DNA of 63,310 bases, counting the filler, from Lenisia limosa (taxonomy: Eukaryota > Protista > Breviatea): the NCBI GenBank assembly GCA_001655205.1. It is 16 parts of 16 records of this genome, joined end to end, with 100 filler letters (N's around TTAATTAATTAA, not from the genome) between each part and the next. Parts side by side here need not be neighbours in the genome. Positions count along the whole stretch, not along the records: positions 49,428 to 57,808 come from LPNZ01002335.1; positions 57,909 to 60,196 come from LPNZ01001869.1; positions 60,297 to 63,310 come from LPNZ01005328.1; 13 more parts are not named here. One strand, given 5' to 3'. Positions 49,774-61,591 of this stretch are shown here, piece by piece. A model generated the notes under the pieces. It had not been told where the DNA came from. It saw nothing but the letters and a program-made list of their open reading frames with translations, and did not search any database. How positions within the stretch are numbered: position 1 is the stretch's first letter; the number at the start of each line of letters is the position of its first letter. Both the position numbers and the translations under genes were made by a program.

Positions 49774-51125
49774 CGTCTCTCATCTCTGCGATGGATGGCT
49801 GCGGTGTGTCAGTTCCTGCCCGCGGACGACCTCGAGGACAACGGCATCCCCATGATGGCCCCGGTTTTCAGACTACAAGACGGACAGGAAGGCGTGCTGA
49901 AGGTCTGAGNNNNNNNNNNNNNNNNNNNNNNNNNNNNNNNNNNNNNNNNNNNNNNNNNNNNNNNNNNNNNNNNNNNNNNNNNNNTCTTGTCTATTTTGGA
50001 ATTGATTCCCTCTCGGTCTTCTGGGTTGCTTTCCTCATTTCCCTCTTAACTATTTTGAAAAACAAAATATCTCTTAACTTTCCTAATTTGAACTTTATTC
50101 CTTCTAATTTGCCTTTTTAGGAAGCTGCCATTGAAGTTCAAGACATCATGCAGAAGTCCATGGGTGACAAGGCCTTTGTCAACGCCTATTCCACCGTACG
50201 TTTGGCCCCTTATTTGGACATATGATTAACTGTTAGCGACGTATACATCTTTGTGTATTATAGATCGGCTTCCCTGTGGTCCGAAAAAGATACGTTATAA
50301 TATCGATATTTATCGAGGATTTTTTTGGGACCGTAGGGAAGGCCTTGATAATTTATTGTGCCTGTTTACACTCACCACGGTCATGGTACATAGCACATCA
50401 ACATATCTCTCTTGTGCACACGCACACCTCTCACCCCCTCAGGTACGAGACCAAGTCAGTAGCATTCGTCTTGCTCGCCGAAAGCAGAGGAAGACCGTGA
50501 GGGGGGGGGGTGAACAATTATGGTTATTTTATTATTATTATTTTGATGGACGAGAGTATCAAAAGCAAACTGTATGGAGAAGATGCTATTGCCCCCCCCC
50601 CCCAAATATTCCTATTCACCCTCCAGGAAATGATTAATGCTCCGGAGACAGCAATCAAGAAAAAGATGAAGAAAAACATTTCAAACAAGATCCATCGACA
50701 GGAGTCCAAATTACAGCGAAGAGTGGGGCGGGGTTTCCCTTGATTCTATTTATTGTATTTCTGCTCTCAAAAGGTTTTGAACTCGATTTTTTGTGAAAAG
50801 GAATAGCGTTTGGGACTTTTATCACATCATTTTCTATTTGACCTTCCAGGGTATCCCTCTGAAGGCCGAACTGACCGGTGAGACCCAGACAAAGGGCAAG
50901 CTGAAACGAGGCTCCGTGTCCCTCCAAGAGGTCTGTTCGGATATCTATCCATGGCCATGGATAAGTGAAAGAGTAATGATCTCTTTTTTCCTTCTGGTTT
51001 CTCTTTTATACCTTCATTTATTTATCTTTTCCTCACCGGGTCATCCCTTTGACTCTTTTTTGTCGCTCCTCACGTTTCAGTCCTCGGGACCCAAGAAGAA
51101 GAAGAAAAGGAGCAAAAAGCTCTGA
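49774..51125 (+). CDS. UTP20: U3 snoRNP protein UTP20, C-terminal six exons
   Basis: RLSSLRWMAAVCQFL..IPMMAPVFR..AIEVQDIMQKSMGDKAFVNAYSTVRDQVSSIRLARRKQRKTEMINAPETAIKKKMKKN..stop TGA 51123-51125; colinear with the recalled UTP20 C-terminus. Confidence 0.8.
50261..50345. mobile_element. Family A subfamily 2 MITE in a UTP20 intron
   Basis: ggcttccctgtggtcc..gggaccgtagggaaggcc. Confidence 0.7.
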
Positions 51126-51480
51126 GGCATTCCCTCCCCCAGGTAATTTTCGGTTTATTTAGTTTCACGTTTCTTTGAGTAATGCATCCATCACCACATC
51201 CATCCAAGCGGCCTTGTGAACGTCTTACTTTGTTCTAATACCATTGCTTTAAAAAAGTGAATGAAAAAAGAGCGTTTAACGCTAGGACAGGTTAAGCTGG
51301 AACCTCAATTGTAACGTGGACTTATGACGCCCCCAACCTTCAACTGGATTAAGTCCATCGATGTAAAACAAATTTCTTATATTGCTCTACAACATACAAC
51401 AATCGCATATCTTCTTTCACTTCACGGTCTGACTGCAACAAAAAAGATACATATTGATTGCATAGTTAGGAATGGTGCAC

Positions 51481-51900
51481 TCAACCAAGGTAAAACGGCT
51501 GGTAGTCTACAACCCTTGTGCTGCAGTGCGGGCAGTGTAGGTCGTCTAGAGTAATATTATTCGTTGGCTTTAACCTACTCCCAAACCCATTGGTTACCCC
51601 TTACTGTGTACACTGTTGCCAATCACCCCTCATTACCATATTGATTATCAATGTCATCGAGGCATCTTCTACACACCACGTGGTTGCATGGGAAGAAGTG
51701 AATGCTGACTTGGTTCCCAAAGCAGATCTGAACGATGATGCAAGAAAGACCTAGATGTGAAAACAAATGTCCCCGGTCCGGGTCGAAAACAAAAAACAAA
51801 TGAAATGACAAAGACCTAAAAAGTTTACACCCACCTTGCACTCGCTGTTTTCGGCTTCTTCAACAACAAGTTTTAACTTCTCAATTTGCTTTTCAAGTTC
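51481..51900 (-). CDS. C-terminal RING-HC zinc finger (putative E3 ligase), last three exons
   Basis: Exons 51835-51900, 51637-51727 and 51481-51545 give ECKICFGNQVSIHFFPCNHVVCRRCLDDIDNQYDDLHCPHCSTRV..LG*. Confidence 0.85.
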
Positions 51901-52329
51901 CTACAGCGTGAAGCTACGTCACATGTATACTTTGTCACTGAAATTTCCTAACATTATTGATAGAACTCAACCCATGCGCTAAGTTGATATGATGTATTTT
52001 TCAGTGTGAAATCAAAATAGACATGAGATGGTAAAATAGTGACATACAAGAGAAAGGTGGTGAAAAATTCGCAATAAACATACAAGGGAAAGTTGGTGTT
52101 GCGCTACGACAAAGCGAATCTTTTCCAATGCACGGATTGGCTAAATAGTCAGGAATTAGGAGAAAAGGAGTGAGGCAGTAAGGAGGTCATATCATAGAGA
52201 CCTTTTACTGACTTAAGCCATTCCCAAAAATAAGATGTATTGAATGGAATAGATCTGAAACTGTCTATGATTAATATAATATATCATATGTACAAACCAT
52301 GATAGATCAGAGACCACTTAAAACCGATA

Positions 52330-53480
52330 TTGCAATTGGGAAATGACGGTCATAATATGAGAGAACAATAGGCCAATATAGTCCCCCAAACCCATTTGTA
52401 TAGAAGCGGGTTGGGCGAAGTGGCGTCAAAGCCAAGGAGGCTCCAAGCCTGTAGGAGAAGGTCTTCTCTACCGAGTAACGTCCCACTGCTGTTGTTGTTA
52501 GACTATTACTTTTTTTGGTATAAGAATTAGACGCAACCAATCCCGCTGATATCATAACCGCTAACTTATTTTGGTATCGCATTTGCTCAAACAGAAGAGA
52601 GTCGCGTAAAGCTGTCAATGTATCCTGATTCTGTTTTAACAAAATGCATTCCTTATAATATAACAGACTTTATGGCCGATAACTCTAAAATTATCTTGAT
52701 ATGCTCAGTATTATCTATATTTCCTTGTTATTACGCATTACGCACTGTTGCAAAACCTTACTATTACCTCATTCAAATAGGTTTCAGAATTGAATATATC
52801 AACGCAATACGAGAAAATATTCTCTCTTGGACAGGCAAAAAACGAGTCATATCGCCAATTGGATGCAAACCCTCTTACAGCGATGTCCATCATTTGCCTG
52901 GCATATTCAGGGTCTTGCTTCATTGAATCCTTGACTGTTTTAACAAGTTGTGCATCGGAACTGATTTTGTAAACATCCTATCAAGGGCTTCCACAGCTTA
53001 CCATTGTAAAGATATAATCGGATTTGTGTTGTGATTTTTTAGGTACTTCATGAACTACAATGGATCGTTAGAAATGGCTCTTAGAACGCACATTCAAATC
53101 TTGGATTATTTGAAAAACATAAAATGCATGGAATATGTCCGGTATTACCCCCTTGATTATCCACAAACCTCTTCATCATGGTATCGGCGATTTTCCAGCG
53201 CACTCACTGAAAACCGAGCAGACGACTTTTTTACTTCTTGAAGTTCTGAATACCTTATTGCAATTTCTCAGAAAAACATGTTTCAGAGTTGTGTGGTGCA
53301 TTTGAAAGAGTCAAACAAAGGCAAACCTTTAACCTCTTGCTCAGTTGCTGAAAGAGCGTACTCATATTCCATCCTATTTTGTCATTCTCTTTTACTTCCA
53401 CAAAAACCAACATTTCTTTTGCGTGTTGCTCAACCAGTTCATCCATCTCGATTTTCAAGGTGCTATATGTTTGCATCTAA
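52330..53480 (-). CDS. Unknown multi-exon coding region with very short introns; may be upstream part of the RING gene
   Basis: Long open frames (DVYKISSDAQLVK..RYDSFFACPRENIF..; DTLTALRDSLLFEQMRYQNKL..) separated by 24-, 37- and ~80-nt GT-AG introns. Confidence 0.55.
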
Positions 53481-54281
53481 ATAGTGAATTAGATGGCTTG
53501 TCAAGCCAGCATTCAAAATAAATATGACACGTAGAAATGAGAAATACAACAAGGTAGCATCGGCACCAACACGCTATATATTCCACACAAGTAGAGTATT
53601 CCCAATCAATCTTCTACCCCCCAACAAGATGTGAGTACTTATACTTCCACGCCTCATTCTCTCTGATGATCGATTCCTAAATTGGATGGATAACGAAATG
53701 ATATACGTTCGTACAATTAATGTTAGAAGGGAAAAAAATACAAAATACAAAATTAAAGAGCGTGATAATAAGTTCAAGTTACAGTCTTTCCCCTTAAAAT
53801 ATTTAAGATCGCGAACTATCAGATGGTATGCAAGCTTTTTTAAAAGAGATTGAGCACAATTTTACTCCGGTGCATATAAACCTTACGTTCATATCATATA
53901 ATATGTATCAACACCATGAGAACTTCTATGTATTTTCAGTATTCAGTATTCTTAGATTTTATTTCTTCTCTTGTTTACAAAATCATACCCACTCATACAT
54001 AACTTGCATTGGTATTTTGAGGACCGCTTCCTGATGTAATTGGAAGTGGTGGAATGAACGGGTTTTGCTGGAATGTTAATGAGTCATTAGTAACGTCTGT
54101 GGTCATGAAATATTTTTGAGAAATTTTGTGTAAGCACTTTTGAATTTAATCAGAGGTGACGCAGCTTAATCAACCAATGTTGTAATTTTGTCTCCTCATA
54201 CATGATGATCTGCTCAACATTGTACTATGTTAAGCCCTGGTAATATTCCCAAAATATTGTTAATACAAGACCTGGTAATAC

Positions 54282-56715
54282 CCCACATGAGAAGCAGTTC
54301 TCTGATTGGTCACAGGTCTCGGACTAGAACCAGTCTGTAGGAATATGAGAGACTGAAACACTATAGGTTCACTCTTGAACTGCCCCGACATACATAGTTC
54401 CCGTTATTTGGACGTTGGGGGACTGAACGGGGAGAGTTTTCCTAAAATGTGAAACAAAAACAAAATATATCAGAAATATTTCTCATATTATATTATTCGA
54501 CTGAAAGTGGTCTGTTTTATAGTGAAACACACCAACAAATTTACAATGAATCAGGTTATCCTACCCTATGATCCCTATGATTGGTCACAGGTCTCGGGCT
54601 AGTACCCGTCTGGAGGAATAAATAATACAGTTAATGTAATTGCATTCACATATCCCTATGATATACATATATTACTTACATTGCTGATTTGGGGCACAAC
54701 TCTAGAGGGAGCAGGGTATGCTGGGGGGACTGAACGAGGGGAGATTTCCTGTGACGTTAACAAGCAATTTTTCACGACATGTCAAGATACAAGTCGACGT
54801 ACCCTCTGATTGGCCGTAGATCTGGGACTTGAGCCTTTCTAGAGAAGTCAGTGTAATTAGATAGATAAATAGCCTAAAGTTATTGTAGATGGGAGACTCT
54901 AAGTGATCCGGAGTTATGACTGTTAAAATGGAAATTTCTACGAGAATCAATATAAACCTAACACATACATTGCTATTTTGAGAGACAGTTCTGGAAGGTG
55001 CAGGGTACGCTGGGGGGGCTAAACGAGTGGAGTTTCCCTGTGGTTGAAATAAAACCCAGAATTAAATAAAAAACACTTCATAATTCAAAACTAAGATATA
55101 ACAAGGACTCTTACCCAGTGATTGGCCGATCTCGGGCTAGAAGTAGTCTGGAGGAATAAATGCAGTGAATTGGAATGAAAAGTGAATTTCTGAATCAATC
55201 AATTATGGCTTATACTTAAACAATCATCCATCATCCACATATATATACATACAGTGTTATTTTGATTGACAGTTCTGGATGGAGCAGGACGTGGGGGGAT
55301 AGAAGGTGGAGACGATTCCTGTTAAGATTTTAATAAATCAAGAGAGTGTAGCAATTGCGATTTCCAAAATACAAATTTGTATTTAATAAATATGGGACAT
55401 TTATTCCTTCTTGCCTTTTTATGTATGCATTGGTTTATCCATAACCAATGCGTGTATAAGTAACAAAGACTTTGATAAATTGAACCGTCAAGACAATCAG
55501 CCAATAGTTTATCTGATATAATCAACAAGGATTTATCCCATCACATACATTGCTATTTTGAACAGTTCTGGATGGAGATGGGCGCGGGGGAACTGAAGGC
55601 GGGGTGATCTCCTTGTGTGTTATCCACCATAATGAAGAGCCATAAACATGTTTACATAGACATCCTACCTTCCACTGACTCACAGGTCTTGGGCTTGAGC
55701 CAGTCTGGGGGAATTATGGGACACAGCGTTATGACACATTCAATAATTGTGATAAGCAAAATTAATTTATGACGTGAGTTGACGTAAAATATGTCGTACT
55801 TGAAATTTAGCAATTATATTTTTCAATTAATTGCACGGACTACCAAACAGTATTGTGTAGTCATACGTCTATGCTGTATTATGTTTACAGCACAATTTTT
55901 TACGCTTAGTACTGTGATGCCCAGAAATGAGATCAATATTGAAGACATATTTCCTAGCACATACATTGTTAATTTGATTGGCAGTTCTAGACGCAGCAGG
56001 ACGTGGGGGGACGGAAGGCGGAGGGTTCTCCTGTTAATAAGAATTGGGTTATTTATGATAATACGACTCAAGACTAATCAAATATAAAACCTTAGAATTA
56101 AAAATGACAATATTTACGATTATTCCATCCATGGATACACGTTGTAAAAAACAGAATTTTATGCTTTCCGACATACACTCTTTTTGTTATTGAGATTATT
56201 TACGCGAGGTGAAGGTGGCGACGCTCCCTTGTAAAGTAAACAGCAGGTTAAATAGTTCAAAAAATGTCTCAAATTCATCCCAAGATTTCTAGTTGCATAC
56301 GATTTGAGGCAAATGTTGTTGGCTTGTTGACCTCAAACAGGCCCAGGGCTTGGGACTCGAAACGGTCTAGAGGAATAAAGGACTGAATTGCAAGGATTTC
56401 ATAGATATTTGGAAACAAATACGCTCGCGAGTTTACAATAGTGCATCTTCACAAATTCTGCCTGTGTTTGGTACACAAAATTAAGATATATTCATAAAAT
56501 ATACCACTAGAGAGTAACTCCTGTAAAATATCGATTTTTCAAGAATTTACCGAGAAACAGCCCTTTTTGGGGTTCGAGATACCTCTCACCGAAATTGGCG
56601 TGGCGTTATCGTTTCGCTCATGAGCCGCCCACTTCTGTCCGCAGTTAATGCATTCTGACTGCTTCCTGGGGTTGGGGGCGAAGCCGTACTTGCAGTTGCG
56701 AGGCTCGGATGTTTG
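54282..56715 (-). CDS. Gene segment: Cys/His-motif exon (56590-56715) followed by an array of Pro/Ser/Arg-rich micro-exons
   Basis: 12 AG/GT-bounded exons of 24-69 nt, all multiples of 3 and stop-free, plus a 13th with an unclear donor. Confidence 0.75.
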
Positions 56716-58469
56716 CTGATTTGGTAATGTCAGACATGATATATATTGGAACAAAACTCTTTATCTTCACTTGTTCAGATGCAAACAATTCATTTGACAA
56801 TAAGAATGGTTTATAAGTTACCTGGTATAATTTGGGCTATCATATTTATCATCTCTCTACACCGAGGACATAGGAGAATAGCAAAGTTATTAAGGAATAA
56901 TATCTCATCTCATGTGTTTTTTTAGGATTAAAAACATTAAATTTAAAAGCTGGTCTTCTTATACTACAATGGCAAACGGTGGCAAACCAAATATGACGAC
57001 GAAAACAACATCCTGAAAACGACTTCTCAGGGTTAAGGCCCGCTGAAACTCGCTCTGACAATCTGAAATGCTCGGAACTCAAAAAACAGAAGAATGAAGG
57101 GGTTTACATGACAGGACTGTTTTTTGTCAAGGTGATTCTGGAAATCTAACGAGAAATACGTAACACAAAACCCAGGAAGGGCCTCGTGTCGCAAACGAGG
57201 GTCGAAACTGCTGTGTGTTGGATGCGTGTGAATGGATGAGGAGTAATGAGTATTATCTTTGGTTGGATGACAAATGAGATGAGAAGAATGCTAAAACGAA
57301 TTTGCGCGTAAAGAATTTGTAAAGAATGTGGTAAGTTACAAAAGCGGTAATTCCATCATTCTTCTATCATAACCCCCTGAATTTTACTCTGTTTACGGCC
57401 CGCCCCATCCGCAATGAGCCACCACCAGCCATGCTACAACCTCTCTCTCTCTCTCTCTCTCTTGTCCTCTCATTCAACAGCTTAGCAACCACAGACTACG
57501 TACAAACTATGTACCCTGTCTCCTTCTCATTCCTTTCCAGTTCCTTTCTTTGTGCACTTGCTTTCCCTGGTTGTTCGAACTCTAATCTGACAATCTGACC
57601 TCCCCTCGTGTTGCTCCTTCATTTTTGACGTAATCAAATCTATTTGTCGTGTTGATTGTGTTGCTTTTGTGATGTTTGTGTCGGAATGACCTCACTTCGC
57701 TCCACCTGACCATAGTTCATGTCACCTCAATAAAAAGGCTTGCTAAGAACAACATATTAGTAGCTTTTTTGGCTACCTTGTGGACTCATGAACCCCCCCA
57801 CCCCATGTNNNNNNNNNNNNNNNNNNNNNNNNNNNNNNNNNNNNNNNNNNNNTTAATTAATTAANNNNNNNNNNNNNNNNNNNNNNNNNNNNNNNNNNNN
57901 NNNNNNNNATTGAATGGCAAAAGCAGCATTGATCTTTTTTTAGAAAATGAAAAAAAGGGGGGGGGGGGATTTTAAACCCCTTGAATTTCAGGTTGTGCCT
58001 ATTAGGGAAGTCCCGATTTTTTTCAATAGTTTATTCGTAAATGTCATTTTTTGTGACGAGAAGTCAAGCCTCAAGTCACAAGTAAAACTAACTGCAAAAA
58101 TAATAATAATACCAAAGGGGGCGTGAACAAGAGTACAAACAAGTCATTTTGCATTCTACATATTTGGGTCATCATTCCTATTGATAAGTAGATCAAATAA
58201 TTTCAAATGATTCTTGATGGCAATTTTCTTGGAAACATGTGATTAAAAACCGAATATATTCAGAGGGAAAGCAGGAATGCAGCAAGATATGAAAAGGCCC
58301 GAAAAAGAGCAGCCTGTGGGTAAAAATACCGACCCAATTCGGACAATTGAAAGCAACATTCCACTCTGTCAATATCACAACTTATTTTTGACTGAAACCA
58401 ATTATCACAACCATGCATCACATTCACTCCACCCGCCATATCATCCGCTCCATTCCAACCTTCCAATGC

Positions 58470-59290
58470 CTTAGTGACATATCATGCTTTCGGCTGTCCA
58501 TTGGCAGAGACGTTTGCTTGGTGGAGAAGTTGATTGCCTGCGCACTGAGAATCGGAACCTTCGCTTTGACCTTGGCAGAAATGTTTGTTGTTGACCCAGA
58601 GACGGGGTCATCGATCTCATAGTCAATAGAGGAGGCGACCTTCTTCATCACCGGGGTGATTGGGGTGGTCGACTTAGCGTCCATATCGCAATCAAAGCTC
58701 ATGATAGATGATCGATGGGATAATTGCCGACCAGAGCCGTATTCATGGTACTCTGTGGGCTCTAGCTGCGTTGACATTATGGCCGATCTCTTGCGATTCC
58801 TGGCACGCCGCCTTTTGGTGTTCCCGCTTTATTTTTAGTTGACTTAATGATTGCTTGCTGACAAAGAGGCTGTGCCCAGTGCCAGTGCCTGGCGGATCTG
58901 AAATATGGCAAATGTGGAATGACCACCTAGGTATTTACACTATAAATAAAATTCTCGAGTGGTCAAAGGCGCCTATTACCAGCTCTACTAGATTACGTAT
59001 ATATTTTAAATAATTTATTTATAAAACAAGTTTGTAACAACAGAAGGAATGAAATAAATCTTTATAATCCAGATAATTCTGGTGCCGTAAAGAGCCATGG
59101 AAAGAATGGAGTTCAAAACGCCGCCAAACATCGAAGTCACCGCAAATGACATTGCCACGAAGAAGACAGGCCAGGTTGGACCGTCGTTTAATCTTACGGC
59201 GCAGATTACCCGGAATCTTATGGCAATGTCCTCAAATACGGCAAGTGAAAGCCAATACTCCCGTAAGTCGGGCAGTTTCTCACAAAATAC
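58470..59290 (-). CDS. Membrane protein, possibly GPCR-like: hydrophobic segment (WPVFFVAMSFAVTSMFGGVLNSILSMALYG) followed by a Ser/Thr-rich tail exon
   Basis: Open frames at 59015-59326 and 58424-58826; the receptor call is inference. Confidence 0.35.
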
Positions 59291-60505
59291 CTGGTTCATG
59301 GACGAATATCTGACGCTCTTCCTCACTCCCTATCTCGTTTGAGAGTATATTTTCGCAATATAACGAATTCAGAGTTCTCTGGTGGAGCCCCGGTCTTCTC
59401 CACGACTCTCACATCAGGCCATGTTGCTGGTATGTGGACTGGTGATCTTAGCGGGTGGCTGGCCATATCTTGCCATCCTTCTTTTTAGCAATCAATGACT
59501 TTATTCATGGTATATCTCTGGTATTGAAGCTCGATACTATCGATGAAACATGGTCATCCATTTTTCTGGCTTGGTATTGGCGGTTTTGGAAAAATGCGGA
59601 CTCGGTGTAAAGGGAAATATGAGCGGGTATTCAGGTTTAAGGGGAAATATGAGCGGGTAGTCAGGTTTATATTGCTTGTTTTGTTTTGTTTGTTGTTTTC
59701 AGAGATGATAGTGTTTGCTGTTTGAGTCCTTGAGGTGTCATTTTTTGTACTTACAATTTCCTGTTTTCATGGAGGAATGTGTGATGTTGGTACTTTACAT
59801 TGCCTGGGTGATGTTAGTTTTGGTTATACATCCATTTGGGTTTTAATTATATTCCATAATACTGTTAATTTTTGACGTTTTGGGGATGTTCTCTTCGGTC
59901 TGTATGTTGTCACATATTCACTATCAATTCTTTCAAGTCAAAATGATGAACAAAGATAGCACGAGGGTTCACTCCCGAGTGCATCAGAGTATCATTGAGA
60001 CTTGTCAGTCAATTATCACACAAGTGGATATTAGGTATCATATCACTGCGTGAAATGGTAGTTCACGTGAAAATGACCCCAATGTGATTGTATTGTACCT
60101 ATGGGAATAGGCCACTTGTACTTTGTTACTGCTGTTCAAGAGAAGAAAACTCGATTTCAACGTTTGGGGACCTATTACTGTCTCTTGCTTTTTGATNNNN
60201 NNNNNNNNNNNNNNNNNNNNNNNNNNNNNNNNNNNNNNNNTTAATTAATTAANNNNNNNNNNNNNNNNNNNNNNNNNNNNNNNNNNNNNNNNNNNNATAT
60301 GATATGTATGATTATCTAGTAATAAACTACCATATGATATGTATGATTATCTAGTATATCGATATATAGCTATCATATATATACTATGATATATAATATA
60401 ATTACAACCTTGTTTTTCATTTCTCACTATATAATATACTATATGAAGTGGTATGTAATATTCATAATTATATTACTACAGGCGATACTTATTATATGAT
60501 AATAA

Positions 60506-60605
60506 TAGGGTTTCCTACGGTCCCAAAAAAAGACTGAATTTCTCGATAAATCCTCGATAAATATCGATATTTTACCGGTCTTTTTCGGAACGTAGGGAAG
60601 CCCCA
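60506..60605. mobile_element. hAT-type MITE family A subfamily 2
   Basis: Full-length consensus match. Confidence 0.85.
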
Positions 60606-60829
60606 TTTATATATATAAACTCCTGCCCTCCCCCCTACGGAGAATATATCAGGCTCTAAGTAGGTCGTATTGGCGCAGGTTGTAGGGTGCACCCCCGTGG
60701 TGAAGAAAATGGCAGATGTTTGGCTGGGGGGGGGGGGGGNNNNNNNNNNNNNNNNNNNNNNNNNNNNNNNNNNNNNNNNNNNNNNNNNNNNNNNNNNNNN
60801 NNNNNNNNNNNNNNNNNNNNNNNNATGAT

Positions 60830-60922
60830 TAAGGCTTCACTTCGGTTCGGGGAAATATCGATAGTTTTTGAGGATTTATCGAAAAATTCCGTCGTTTTAT
60901 TTCGAACCGAAGTGAAGTCCTA
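60830..60922. mobile_element. hAT-type MITE family A
   Basis: TIRs and core. Further partial copies near 10172, 11976, 12083, 14731, 27914, 28431, 35203, 43460 and 46866. Confidence 0.8.
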
Positions 60923-61306
60923 GATATTCTTCATTTGACCGAGACCCACCTCAAAAAGCCTAGGAGCAGAAGGAACAAGGGACCGCCAATCATCCTCACA
61001 ACTGTAATAGGTCAATAAGACAAAAACAATAATATATTTCAACTGGTATGTATCAATACCACGCGTAGTCAAGTTAACTATTTCAACAAGATCATGTCAA
61101 TAATACCAAGGCAACAACTGAGTACAAGTGAAGCTTTATTATAATATTATTATTATTATTATTATAAGTGTGTAATCAAATGGCCTGGGGTATAGCTTTA
61201 TAAGTGTGTGATCAAATGGCCTGGGGTATAATATGTCAAAAAGTACTTTTGATTAATAGGATCTACATCTCATATCATATGTTCCCCCATATCTACTAGT
61301 GATATG

Positions 61307-61591
61307 ATAATTTGACCGACTTTCGAGTCGAAATGATGAAAGAAGATAACACGAGGGTTCATCCCGAGTGTGTCAGGTTATCATTGAGACTTGTCGGTCA
61401 ATTGTCGTATGAGTGGATATGCGGTATCATATCACTGCGTGGTATCTTATAGTTCATATGTGTCAACTATCATTTTCCACGCAGTGAGATGTCACCTCAT
61501 ATCCACTCGTACGAGAATTGACGGACAAATCTCAATGATACCCTGATCCCTATCTCAGTTCAAACATTCGACTCAAAAGTCAGCCAATTAT
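61307..61591. mobile_element. Fold-back element family E; partial copies at about 1305-1460, 3165-3260 and 59932-60075
   Basis: Long inverted arms around a ~34-nt loop. Confidence 0.8.
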
